Below, one piece after another: positions 11,302 to 22,531 of a stretch of DNA of 64,000 bases. The stretch comes from Tubulanus polymorphus (taxonomy: Eukaryota; Animalia; Nemertea), in contig NC_134036.1 in assembly GCF_964204645.1 (NCBI RefSeq), positions 2,728,001 to 2,792,000 of the forward strand. The letters run 5' to 3'. Every line of letters begins with the position of its first letter. The stretch's first letter is position 1. The notes beneath the pieces were generated by a model. The model was not told the DNA's origin. It worked only from the letters and a program-made list of their open reading frames with translations, and made no database searches. The position numbers and the translations under genes were made by a program.

Positions 11302-13270
11302 ATGGAACTGATACAGATTATTATTACGTTTACAGCAGTTCTGCTAGTTCTGTTAACTCAGGGTAAGTTTGTATTCTATTTACATGTATATTTCAGTCCT
11401 TTACAAAAACATTTTATCAAAGCAATCATCTATCATTTGATTTACTGCAACAAATTTTCATGAGGGACGCTAAAATAGTTTTCCCTCAATTCTGATACCT
11501 TGGCATTCCATTTTCAGGCACAGTCGTTTTGGGTTTGACTTGTGCCAGTTGTGGTTACTATAATAAGGACAGTGATACCGATAAGGCTATCTATGACGAT
11601 ATGAAAAACTATGCCACCGAACGTAAGTTGATTTTATATTATGTACAAATCATATTTTCAACGCGATGCATAATTTTTGTTGTTAGTTTAAAGGATACAT
11701 TCACATCTTCATATTTTACATTTTTTCATCTTTGAGATAAATACGAAACTCTCCTTTTGTAATACAAGATAGCAAAGTTCATGTGTCAGAGAAAACATTC
11801 TTTCACAGGCTAAAGGGGACCGTGTCTTCTTCACTGGAACGATCATCACGGGGCTCAACCACGCCAGTCCCAAACAAATTCATTTCATTTTTTCCATTAA
11901 AATGTTTGATGTAATTATTTCCTGGAACAGGAAATAATAGATAACATTGTATCTTTAGAGTTATAAAACAGACTCCCGTTTGACGTTAACTCTATATAAG
12001 TACTGGGTGGAGGATGTTCATGTTACACGATTTACTTAAAAATTCTACACATTTGGAGGTATTAGGATTACTGCGTATGTTTCTCGGAATAATTCTCTCC
12101 CGTTCTTCTCTGTAGAAAGGGCAGATTAGGAGTACATGAAATTCATCTTCTACTACTAGCATGTTACATAACTGACAAAGTCTCTCATCATATTTTATTG
12201 GACTACAGCAAACGGGCAAACAGAACTACTCTCTCCGCACGAGTCTAACCCACATTCATTTCATTTATTTCCAGTTAATATGCTTGTTGAGAGTACCGCA
12301 AACGGAACTGCTCAACAGCAACAATTTGACGAGGATTGCACACGGTCAATCAGGTCTGATGAAGGAAAAATCGACCAGAGCGGGGTAGATTACTACAAGA
12401 ACAACATTACGGGCATCGAGTGCCCCACTGGACACGACTGCGTGGTAAGTAACACAAAAATAAATTCATATCCGAATATCATAACTGAGCAGAAAATATA
12501 CCACATACAAGATGTACCTTGAAGAGGTGTCAGAATATCTGGAAAACATAATTCAAATTAGGTATTAAGATAGCCAGAGGATTGATAAAAAGTCTTCTTT
12601 TACCAGACCATATTTAGGGGCTAGGGTTCGGGGTTCCAACGAATATGCTTCCAAACTTACTTGATTTGAAGCCAATGTAGAAAAAAGAAGCCAAATGGTC
12701 TTCCCAAACATGCTGAAAGGTGTGACTGATTACTACTATCTGCATGGGTACCTTACAAAAGTTCCGCTTTCTTAAGAATCGAACCCAAAGAAATGGTTGG
12801 CTACTGAACTCGAGTTGAAACGAAAAGTGTGACTCCATTTTTATGATTTTTCCCCGATTCGTAATGTACAATTTTTAACGATCATTTTAACACCTGTTCG
12901 ATGTATGCGCTCCAAAAATTAAAGCAAATACACAGTATCCAAAAAACAACACGGTACATGGTTTTGGGCGTACGGTATTTCATTTCGCAAAATGCACGTA
13001 GCTCGCGCATCGCTAGCGAGGCTTTGGTTGATTTGTTGCTGATTTTTTTTTTAGGAATTCGAGTACGAGAAAAGAAAAGATTTGGTTCTTCGAGGCTGTA
13101 TGCCCGAGAATGCTAAATGTCATAGCACTTTGCCATTTAATGGCAGGAAGATCACCGTGTTGTGCTGCGACGAATTCGACATGTGCAACAGTGCTGCCAC
13201 CTTTAGGATAGATATGATGATTTACGCCGCAGTTTCTCTGTTCTTCAGTTATCACATTCTGTTTAGGTAA
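11302..13270 (+). CDS. Ly6/uPAR (LU, three-finger) GPI-anchored protein, quiver/sleepless-like, 183 aa, 4 exons
   Basis: Exons 11302-11362, 11518-11622, 12275-12444, 13055-13270, all GTAAGT donors and YAG acceptors, frame maintained (552 nt). Signal peptide MELIQIIITFTAVLLVLLTQG, LTCASC start, 10 Cys including RGC and CCDEFDMCN, then small omega residues (NSAA) and a hydrophobic C-terminal GPI signal. Confidence 0.88.
12040..12200 (-). mobile_element. Non-LTR retrotransposon ORF2 C-terminal fragment (CCHC zinc knuckle, RTE/RTEX-like) in Ly6 intron 2
   Basis: ERLCQLCNMLVVEDEFHVLLICPFYREER matches the typical R.C..C...VEDE.H.L..CP.Y...R LINE C-terminus. Confidence 0.75.
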
Positions 13271-15375
13271 ACGATTCTGTAAATTCGACCCCCCCCCCCT
13301 CCCCAATTCGGAAATCCAAATATATTTTTCTTTTTAAGACTTAATTTTGAACAAATGATAGAATTAATGATAAAGTCAGATTTACATTTTGGCTGTTAAA
13401 CGAAGCGACGATTGCTGTTCAAGTATGGGGGCTAATTATTGATTGCTTTAATTTCTCTTCTGATTCGAGTTTCACATGCTTGGGTACACGGCGCAGAATA
13501 CCATTCTAGAGCTGTTTAATGACTTAATTTTCATACTTGGAAATTAATGAATTTCTAATCAACCTTAGAGTTAAATATTGATTGCTTTACATTCCGTTCT
13601 GATTCGGGCTTCACATTAGATGCTTACGTGCACGGAAAACAGTGTCATTCTAGAAATATCGAACGATTTTTTTTTCACTGTCGATTTATTGAAGTACAAC
13701 ATCCGAAAACTGTTTAGTATTTCATATTTCAGATATCAAAAGTAACTCAGCCCGAGTTGGGTTTGCTAGAATAACATCGTCGTTTATTTCGAATGATTTT
13801 TTTCATATTCAATCAATTGAATTCTGTTATGTTTTTCGTAATCAAATTATCATTATGTGAATTATAAACATGTTTAACTACGCGTTGTTAATGAATAATC
13901 CCACGGTTGTTGATATCTCACATTCATTAATCTCATGATATCGAGATTAATCTAAATCTCATCATCAGTGAAATAGTAACTTTGTTTTTGTTATTCTCCA
14001 GTTTTGCATAGGCTCAGATTTCAATAGATTTACATACATTACTGTAGATTTCATGTAGAATTTAATCTTGTAATCGTCTCATTCTGTTCACTGATTGAAT
14101 TATTTTTTAATCTAAATTGATCTAGTTTAATTATATTCCATGTTTTGAAGAGTTTATTTGAAATTAGTAAATTAATTTTTGCGAGTAAAAGTAATTGCCT
14201 AATCTATGCATGAAAATGATTTCCGGTTTTGTTTATTTCTTTTGGTTGGTTTTCGTTAAAAAAAATAGGGATTCGACCCCTGGTATAGTTGGCGAGCGTT
14301 CTAACCACACGGCACTATCAACTACATGTATAAATGATATGGTTACTGACCATCCGTTCCATGGTAATCAGACGTTCGGTGACATTGAATATTTCCAAAT
14401 CTAGTGATTCTGAAGGTCGTTGACAATGTTCCATACTTATCAATATATCAAGCCTTCTTACAAACTCATCAATAAAAATTATCTGACACGTCGTTTTCTA
14501 CCTGGTGCCCTATTAGTTTGGATACTGCACGGACGCTTTGCTCGTATGCTGGGCGCTGTATATCGACTACAAGCTTGTAATCTAAGGACTGCTTCGCTGG
14601 TGCTTCTGGACTTTATCGTTTTCCTATAGATAAGTTCAACATCTATTTCACCATCTTAGATAATCAAAGCCAAGACATCAATTTCATGTATTAATTAGTT
14701 GAACATAAACAGAGAACTGGCTCAAGAAACCTTTACCAACATAAGTTGGTTTGAACCATCGGTCTTCGGTCATCGTGGGTCTTAATACTATGAGTATGAA
14801 CTAGCCAAGGCCATTAAGTTTGTCGTAACGGATCCAATCTACAAGTTATGAACGATTCAGGCCTTATTACCTGGATTCTATCCCGTAATTTCTCTAGTGT
14901 TGATTTAAGTCTTAGTGATCAGTTTTCGAAAGTTTTCTTAATGAAAAATGTCTCTGGTGAAATACCGACCACATGAGGTTGCGTGGGCGATCAGACGATA
15001 TGCCGATAAAATTCTAATGTTTGTAGTTGATTTACATATAAAAACTTGTTTGGATGGTAGATATTTTTAAGTAATTAAATGCTATCAATTTCTCGAGAAG
15101 TCAGAGTTAAAATTTCATAATTTTCAGTTGGAAAAATCTCTGTAAACTATTGTCTCCAAGATAAACAATTTCATTATTTCAGCTGGAAAAACTTTAATGG
15201 GTAACTTTTCAGATGGCAAGTTTACGGGTGTAAATAAATATCGGCTATAAAACAAGCTTTTGATATTTCACGAATTGAATCTTTCGTAGTTTTACAATAA
15301 AGCCGTGAAGGATTATGATCGTGACGTAATTGTCCTTAGTCGGCGAATATGTGTGAGTGTTTACCGATCACAATC

Positions 15376-15650
15376 GGGCGGACCGGATGGCTTAGTCGGT
15401 CGGCGACTAGCGTGTCACCGCTGTGGCCCAGGTTCGAGTCTCGGAGGAGGCGGGTCAGGATGTGGCAAATGATCTCCGGTAAGCGGGCGAGTCGAGAGTA
15501 CTGTCCTCCCTGGAATGAGGTTGCTAATGCGTGAGTCCTACAGAATATCTGGCGTGGGGTAAATTATGTTTAATTCAGTCGTTTCTGGCTGAATTATTTA
15601 TTTATCCCACAATGCCGGTCCAGGTTGCGGAGTAATTCCCCCAGGGACCT
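15376..15650 (+). mobile_element. tRNA-derived SINE
   Basis: A box TGGCTTAGTCGG and B box GGTTCGAGTCT followed by a GC-rich body; no intact cloverleaf. Confidence 0.6.
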
Positions 15651-17799
15651 TCGACTTTTTTACAATATTAGTTTGTTATTTTAAGTTTAGTGGTGAGGGT
15701 TTGGGAAATTTTTATATTTATTTAATTCCTCGAACTGAAGAAATCCAAGCGAGAATTCGGTGGTATCTGCATGCAACGCGGACGGTCATCAATCACAGGT
15801 CTTTCTCAACTGATGACAAAATTTCGATGATTTTTTAACGTCACCAATCAGTCAGAGTAGTTGTGCACGCGGCAATGTCTGGTGAACGTGTGTATAAAAT
15901 CGGCTTCAAAACGACTCCATCCAATAGAGAATTACTCACTGGAGACCTGCCATACGCTCTACTACACAATAGTGCCGCGTGACTGCACAAACCCTTAAGC
16001 AAACTTCAATATCCTAAAGCAAAACTCGAAAATAGTAAAATCGAGTCGGTATTATAGTTCAAAACCAGACGTAAATAGAAGGGAAATCTACACTAAAGTT
16101 TGTTGGATAGTTTAGATAAAATTTCAGCATGCAATTTTAGGCTAAAATCGTAGGATTCGATATTTCTATCTTTAACAATATGTGTCTCTATGAATAGTAG
16201 AATTAAACTCGATGACCTGTAAGCCTCATTGAAAATGTTTGGCACGAATTGAATGGTTCTCGAGGATTAGCGTCACGGACTCGGGTCTGTCACAGGAATG
16301 CGCGATCGAGCTTTCTGATTGATCCATTCCGGTCGCATCGATGATGCACCGTCGCTGATTGGTCGACGTAGGTATTAGAAGCGCGGTTCGAGCCTCTCGA
16401 TGCCAGTCCGAGAACCGATGTCCAGTGATGAAGGTCAACCTATAAGAGCTCTGCAACAAGGCGTGAAGAACGCGTGGCATCAAGCGAACAACTTACTAAT
16501 TAACGGCCGATGATGTTAGGAGAGACTGGAACGTGGAGGAATTTTGGACACCTGGCGATTGAGAACGCAATATGAGACAGCTACTGTTGGTCCTGATGAT
16601 TGCCGAGGAGTTCCCAAGGTAACTGACGATGGAGAGGGGACTGCTGTTGCTGCTACTGATGTCGGATGACAACTCTTAAACAGATGACGGCTAACCCAGA
16701 GAGCATTTTTTTATGAGGACGAATTGCTGATTTCCGGTGTTATATTTCAAGTCTGTACGCGCATTGTGGTAAGCTTAGGAATTTCATATCGAATTCAAAA
16801 TTCAAAACTCCTCCTAATTTGGTATCCGATGTTTTAGTTATGGTCTGTTTCGAAAATAATCGCGTTTTCTTGATGGTTTTGATTATGGATCCCAATTTAT
16901 TTACTTTCGGCTTAATTTGAAATTCACAATTTTTTGATTTTTTTATCACTTGGTTTCTTTTTAGGGTTTTAACCGAAACCAGTTCGCTACTTCTGACAAC
17001 TACATGTACAACTTGTTTGTCGCAACCTCCAGAACCTGCTGCTGCTCAATTGATAATCGCACCGATCCACAATTTGACCCTTCTAAAACCAAATCAAACC
17101 AGGTAACTATATCAAACTACTTTGGATATCCAATGATCGTCTTCATTGGCTTGACTCCAGTTTATCTTTATCCGATTTGTTTTTCAGCTGTACTTCCACA
17201 ACTACCGAGAAATTCAGACGCAGACTCTTCTCAGACTACAGCACCATCTTCAAATCATCTTCAACCCTCAAGATGCAGACTCCACTCCTACTACAACACC
17301 ATCTTCAACCTCGAGACGCACAGACTCCGACTACGGCACCATCTTCAAATCTCGACGCAGACTCTACTCCGAATACCATCTTCGACGCAGACTCTACTCC
17401 GACTTCAGAAACGCCATCCTCAAGGCGCAGACTCTTACTCCTATTTTCTGTTCGTTTTACCGCATGTATTGTAAGCAGCAACGTAAATAAACAAGTGTAA
17501 ATTAAATAGCTCGACTTTATATTGAAATCTCTTTGCCCCGGAAAGCCACACTCGTCTCGGGCCCTTTGCTCCGGAAAGGACTCTTCCGCTCACAACTCCA
17601 AAGCGCTCACAACTTCACACTTTTTCAAAGGAAAGGATAAAGTCAAACCTGCTAAAGGAAGGACAAAAACGCAAAGAAATACAAATAAACCGACTTTATT
17701 ATTCCAATTTATAAAATTCAAATTAAGAATTTCTTACAGCTTGTTTGCAAAAGTCAAATTCAACATTTTATTGAATCGTCAGTAACCAAAAATAAAATT

Positions 17800-17865
17800 T
17801 TGGGGTTTGAACCACCAACCATTCGGCTAGCAGCCCAGCACCCTACCAACTACGCTATAGCGGCA
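17800..17865 (-). mobile_element. tRNA-derived SINE head or tRNA pseudogene
   Basis: Minus strand gccgctatagcgtagttggtagggtgctgggctgctagccgaatggttggtggttcaaacccc has A and B boxes but the stems are broken. Confidence 0.55.
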
Positions 17866-18002
17866 CACATGCAGCCAACAGGGGAACTCCTATTTATCCA
17901 TTGCTTAAGCATATTTTGGTAAAAAAAAATGGTGCCATCTACCGGGCGAGACAGGAACTAGTTCCTATCTCAACCCGGTAGATGGCAAGTAATTTAATGA
18001 GT

Positions 18003-18202
18003 GGAGAGAGAGACAAGTGTGGAAAGAGAGAGAGGTAAGTGAAAGGAGAGAGAGAGGTAAGTGAAAGGAGAGAGAGAGAGAGAGAGAGAGAGAAAAGTGA
18101 GAGGAGAGACAGAGACAAAGGCAAGTGTGGAGAGAGAGACAAGTGTGGAGAGAGGAAGATAGAGCGAGAGAGGGAGACAAAAGAGGCAAGTGAGGGGAGA
18201 GA
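18003..18202 (+). repeat. GA-rich low-complexity / (GA)n tract
   Basis: gagagagag runs with recurring caagtgtgga. Confidence 0.9.
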
Positions 18203-18599
18203 GTCAACTGACCCCTGCTGGCTTAGAAATAGATATTCACCCGACTGTTCGACTTTTCCTCTTGTTACTTCGAGCTTGGAAACCAATGACGTTATCCATG
18301 AGTGTTTTTAGGGTATAGTTCATTACATGAATCAATCCTGCTATAGGTAAACGTATCGCGCACCGCATTTAAGTCCACGTTAAAGAGCTGGATCCTCGAA
18401 AACGTTTCTTTCGTGAATTTCATTAACACTACGTTTAAAACGTAAAAGATCAATGAAATTGGAAGATTCGATGTATCACGAGCCGCGTAAGTCCACGTTG
18501 AACGAGGCGAATCTTCTCCACTTTAATACCTCTCGAATTTTAACTCGATTTTCGCTGTCCTTTTTCCGAAACTGTTAAAGTTCTGTCGGTGACATGTGG

Positions 18600-20300
18600 T
18601 CTGTAGAACAACCGATTGTTTCCCACGTCCAGGATGTCGAAAATCATTCGACTGAAATCAAAAAAAGGAAACGAACAAAGAAGACTTCATGTTTTTGGCA
18701 AATGAAACTCATTAGACTCGGGGCCCATTTACGGTTCAGTGCGTATTCATTGGATTGGTTCTGAATCCAGGACTGTGAAACCTGGCCCAGGCTTGCAATG
18801 AAAGTGAGCGACAACGCCTGAAATAGGATTCAACTCAACACGAAAATAGCCAAAAATAGCAAGTTCCGCGAGTATAATTTAGACTCGAGTCCCAATTTCT
18901 CCAGAGAGGCGCAGTGGTTTGAATACCTAGGCGCTCGATGATTTGGGTTCGAGTCCCAATTATATCAGTGGTGCAGTGGTTTCGGTTCGTTTCAGTAATA
19001 TACTCTTAAGATAATGGTATTATCAATATCTAACCAATTCGAAATTTATACTCACCGAGGTGTGTGGAGCTTCATATATAGTTTTGTCCTTGAAAAGATG
19101 CGACATTCAATCTACCTTCAGAGGTCCAAGTTGGTTTAAGTAGCACCATAATGAAGTTCTGATGAAGCAAGAATGGTTTGGATTCGTAGGTTTAACAGCG
19201 CATGTCCCGACGCGCATCTGAAAAAGCAACCGTTACGATTTTACAACGTTCAAATCGACTCAACAACTAGATGCCATTTCATTTCAAATAGAAATGTTTA
19301 TCCGAGTGTGCAGCCTGTTTTATAAATAAGATAAGAGCTTATAAATTTGACCTAACTTAAGTTTAATTTATTGGTTAAAAAGTCTACTCACCATAACATA
19401 TGGTTAACTTCACGGCTTATTGTGGAAGGTCTGGAGGCTACTGACGATTATTTAGTTTAGTCAGCACGCATTGGCAGCAGTGATAAAGTCCAGATGAGGG
19501 AATGTGGCCAAAGATTTATCACCTGAAAAAGAAATACGATGAAAACATTTTAATTCACCGATCTCAATGACCACAACTCACTAGAACTGGGTCAATTCAA
19601 TTCATTTGAACAACCAGAAAATAATTTGTGATGTCCAGAACAGGACATAATATAAACCGGTTTTGTGACAATGCTTTCGATCAGAGTGAGTGACATCAGG
19701 TCGCCACCTCACTGACAATACTTGTCCGACCCTAAAAGCGTTGTAAACTAAAATTTTACAATCTAAATCCGTCTGTGAGTTTATCGGTCCCGATCTAATG
19801 ATAAGTTCTTATGGGTCCGAAGTAGAACCATATTAGATTACGAAGAATGGCGTCGGAGACTACATCCGAAATTTTTTTAAATTTCGATTGTCAAACTCAA
19901 CTTCTACTTACTGGTCCCATTTTAATTGACGATTGAATTTAGAATTAGATATCATGATTTACGTGGGAAAAAATTGATGAATAAACAACTTACTGTTTAA
20001 GAACTCGAAGCGCCGTCCGTCCGATCCGATCCCGAACCAGTCATCATCGTGCTCAATATAGGACATTTGCATTGAATTTGTTATCCGTACTGTGCTGCTA
20101 CCTTCATTTCCAATTTCCAAATATTTGCCTTTCTCTACAAAATAACGATCGACAACATTAGAAATTTGTTTTTTATCCGTGAAAATTTTGTGTTTCAAAA
20201 TTTCAATGATACAGTAACGCACGCTCGATCAGATCACATGACTGGCTCGATGGACAAAATGGCGGCGCTCATGGTTTAGTAGAAATTATCGTATAAACAG
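18600..20300 (-). ncRNA. Putative spliced lncRNA or micropeptide transcript divergent from the ASB gene
   Basis: Consecutive strong minus-strand splice sites give exons ~20300-20223, 20134-19994, 19522-19392, 19217-19057, 18817-onward (donors GTGCGT, GTAAGT, GTGAGT, GTGAGT; acceptors ttttgtag, tttctttttcag, gctttttcag, tatttcag). The best spliced ORF found is 46 aa. Both transcript ends are approximate. Confidence 0.5.
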
Positions 20301-20580
20301 GATTCGAACCTAACGTCCCCAGCAACGAATTACAGATTAAGTGCGTCACTATCCACGAACAAGACTTCCGGCTAATCAATTTATTGAATTGGAAAAAAAT
20401 TGTGACTGTGAATTAGTGGTGAGCCGCGTTATTATGGTGTGTCATTTTTCTTAATCTTAGCTCGTCAAATTGATAACAATTTTCATGTCTTAATGTTCTA
20501 AAAAAAATCTCAAGATTACAATCTCAATTCAATGTCTGATATGCGGGGGCGGGTGTGCTTTAAATGAATTTGGCGCACCA
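20234..20580. promoter_or_regulatory. Probable bidirectional promoter region (lncRNA / ASB)
   Basis: TCACATGAC E-box at 20234, YY1-type AAAATGGCGGCG at 20256-20267, GC box GGGGGCGGG near 20545 and TTTGGCGC near 20569, lying between divergent first-exon donors (20222 on -, 20681 on +). Confidence 0.45.
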
Positions 20581-21077
20581 ACAACAAACAAGAAATCGAT
20601 CTGGGACACAACGGATGAGAAGTGGCAGTCACAAAATTAAAAACTATTCACGATCTGTATTGTGGTGGTGAATGACGACGGTAAGGCCTAATTTAGAATA
20701 GGTCTAGATAAGGCAAAACTTTGGCTATTTGTCGACAGCGTCGTAGCCAGCAAGAGCCAGATGATGCGAAGCCCCACCCCCCCCCCCTCTCCCCAGGCGG
20801 ATTTGGTCCTCGTGAAGAAATGTTTTTAGATATGAAGCGCTTGAGATGCAATTCCGGTCATTTGAAACGCTGCACTTGCACTGAATGCATTCTAATGAAT
20901 TTTCTTAGTCAAACGGATATCTGGATCTTGCGGTTGCACCTCCTTCATACAATAACCTTAGTGTCTGATGTAACACAGAGCAACGTAAAGATCACTGTTG
21001 AGACAGCTGTTTGTTACCAGGACTGGGTAAACCCACTGGATATGGAGCTGATACAGTCACAAGGATTCTCCACGACG

Positions 21078-21845
21078 AGTACTGTCTCTGATGGATGCCT
21101 CCCTGACCAGTACAGAGTCTGATGGATGCCTCCCTGACCAGTACAGAGTCTGATGGATGCCTCCCTGACCAGTACAGTCTCTGATGGATGCCTCCCTGAC
21201 CAGTACAGAGTCTGAAGGATGCCTCCCTAACCTAGTACAGTCTCTGATGAATGTCTCCCTAACCTAGTACAGTCTCTGATGGATGCCTCCCTAACCAGTA
21301 CAGTCTCTGATGGATGCCTCCCTAACCTAGTACAGTCTCTGATGGATGCCTCCCTAACCTAGTACAGTCTGATGGATGCCTCCCCTACCAGTACAGTCTC
21401 TGATGGATGCCTCCCTAACCTAGTACTGTCTTTGATGGATGCCTCCCTAACCAGTACAGTCTCTGATGGATGCCTCCCTTACCAGTACAGTCTGATGGAT
21501 GCCTCCCTAACCAGTACAGTCTGATGGATGCCTCCCTTACCAGTACTTTCTGATGAATGCCTCCCTAACCAGTACAGTCTGAAGGATGCCTCCTTGGCCA
21601 ATACAGAGTCTGCTGGTTGCCTCCTAACCAGTACAGTCTGATGGCCTCATATTCAGTCTGAAGGTTGTCTCCCTGACAAGTACAAAGTGTGATGGCCTCC
21701 TATTTAGTCTGAAGGATGTCTCCCTGACAAGTACAGAGTCTGATGGCCTCCTATTCAGTCTTAAGGATGTCTCCCTGACAAGTACAGAGTCTGATGGCCT
21801 CCTATTCAGTCTGAAGGATGTCTCCCTGACAAGTACAGTCTGAAG
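21078..21845 (+). repeat. 29-32-bp minisatellite shifting to a ~48-bp unit, in the probable ASB 5'UTR intron
   Basis: agtacagtctctgatggatgcctccctaacc units, then gtacagagtctgatggcctcctattcagtctgaaggatgtctccctgacaa units. Confidence 0.93.
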
Positions 21846-22146
21846 GAGGTCCCATAAAAAACAACGTAATCATGACAAAAATCTCCTGTTTTCCTGCCTA
21901 TCAATATTCCTCCTCGAAGAGATCATTGAGATCTGCTATCTTCCACATATTGCAATACCAGTCTCCCCTTGCCTCCCAATAAAACCTTGTGACTTCTTGG
22001 ATCATGATAGAAACCAATATTCCACTGAAAATAACTGGTTTCCAATTGAAACCTTATTGAAGAATGTAGGGGAAAGAGCTAGGAAATCCTTGACGAAAAG
22101 GGCAAACTTCCCATCACAACGGGAAGGCAGGGTCCAGACCCCACAA

Positions 22147-22425
22147 CAGAGCCGTCGGAAAAAATTTTTCAGTGGCAAGGCTTATTTCTGAAGGGCGGTC
22201 TGGGGGCCCTCCGCTAGAAAAATTTTGAAAATTCAATCGCCGGAGATGCGTTTTGGGGCCATTTCACGGTCTCATTCACAGAAGCATGAGAAGTCGTGAG
22301 CCAACCACCTAGGACAGAGAACAACGAGCTGCTACGCGGTACAGCGTGCTTTTGAAAAAATTTTTGTTAAGCAAAAAAGTGGGGCGGGTTTGCCCGCTCC
22401 TGCCGCCCCTGTTCCGACGGGCCTG
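22147..22425. mobile_element. MITE with 14-bp TIRs and 5-bp TSD (CACAA)
   Basis: cacaa|cagagccgtcggaa ... ttccgacgggcctg|cacaa. Confidence 0.85.
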
Positions 22426-22531
22426 CACAAGACTACTCATTAGGAGGTCTCTTCCTTAGACAAAGCTTCGGAAAAGGAACTCATTTCTTAATCAAATTTC
22501 TCTTTTTCAGCACTGCCAGTAACAAACAACA

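Noticed and set aside
16230-17500. GC-richer stretch and ORFs 17004-17474 / 17177-17500
   Set aside because: Low-complexity degenerate repeats (acgcagactc..ccatcttcaa) with no motif; probably a decayed transposon.
18880-18985. tRNA gene (A box aggcgcagtgg, B box ggttcgagtcc)
   Set aside because: No cloverleaf; tandem partial SINE-like heads.
19621-19720. snoRNA or Sm-site RNA candidate (hairpin, AAAGCA and ACA on -; gtgatgt..ctga or AATTTGTG plus hairpin on +)
   Set aside because: Second hairpin is poor, no rRNA guide was recognised, and the same 18-mer recurs near 40912, suggesting a repeat. An Infernal/snoGPS search is needed.
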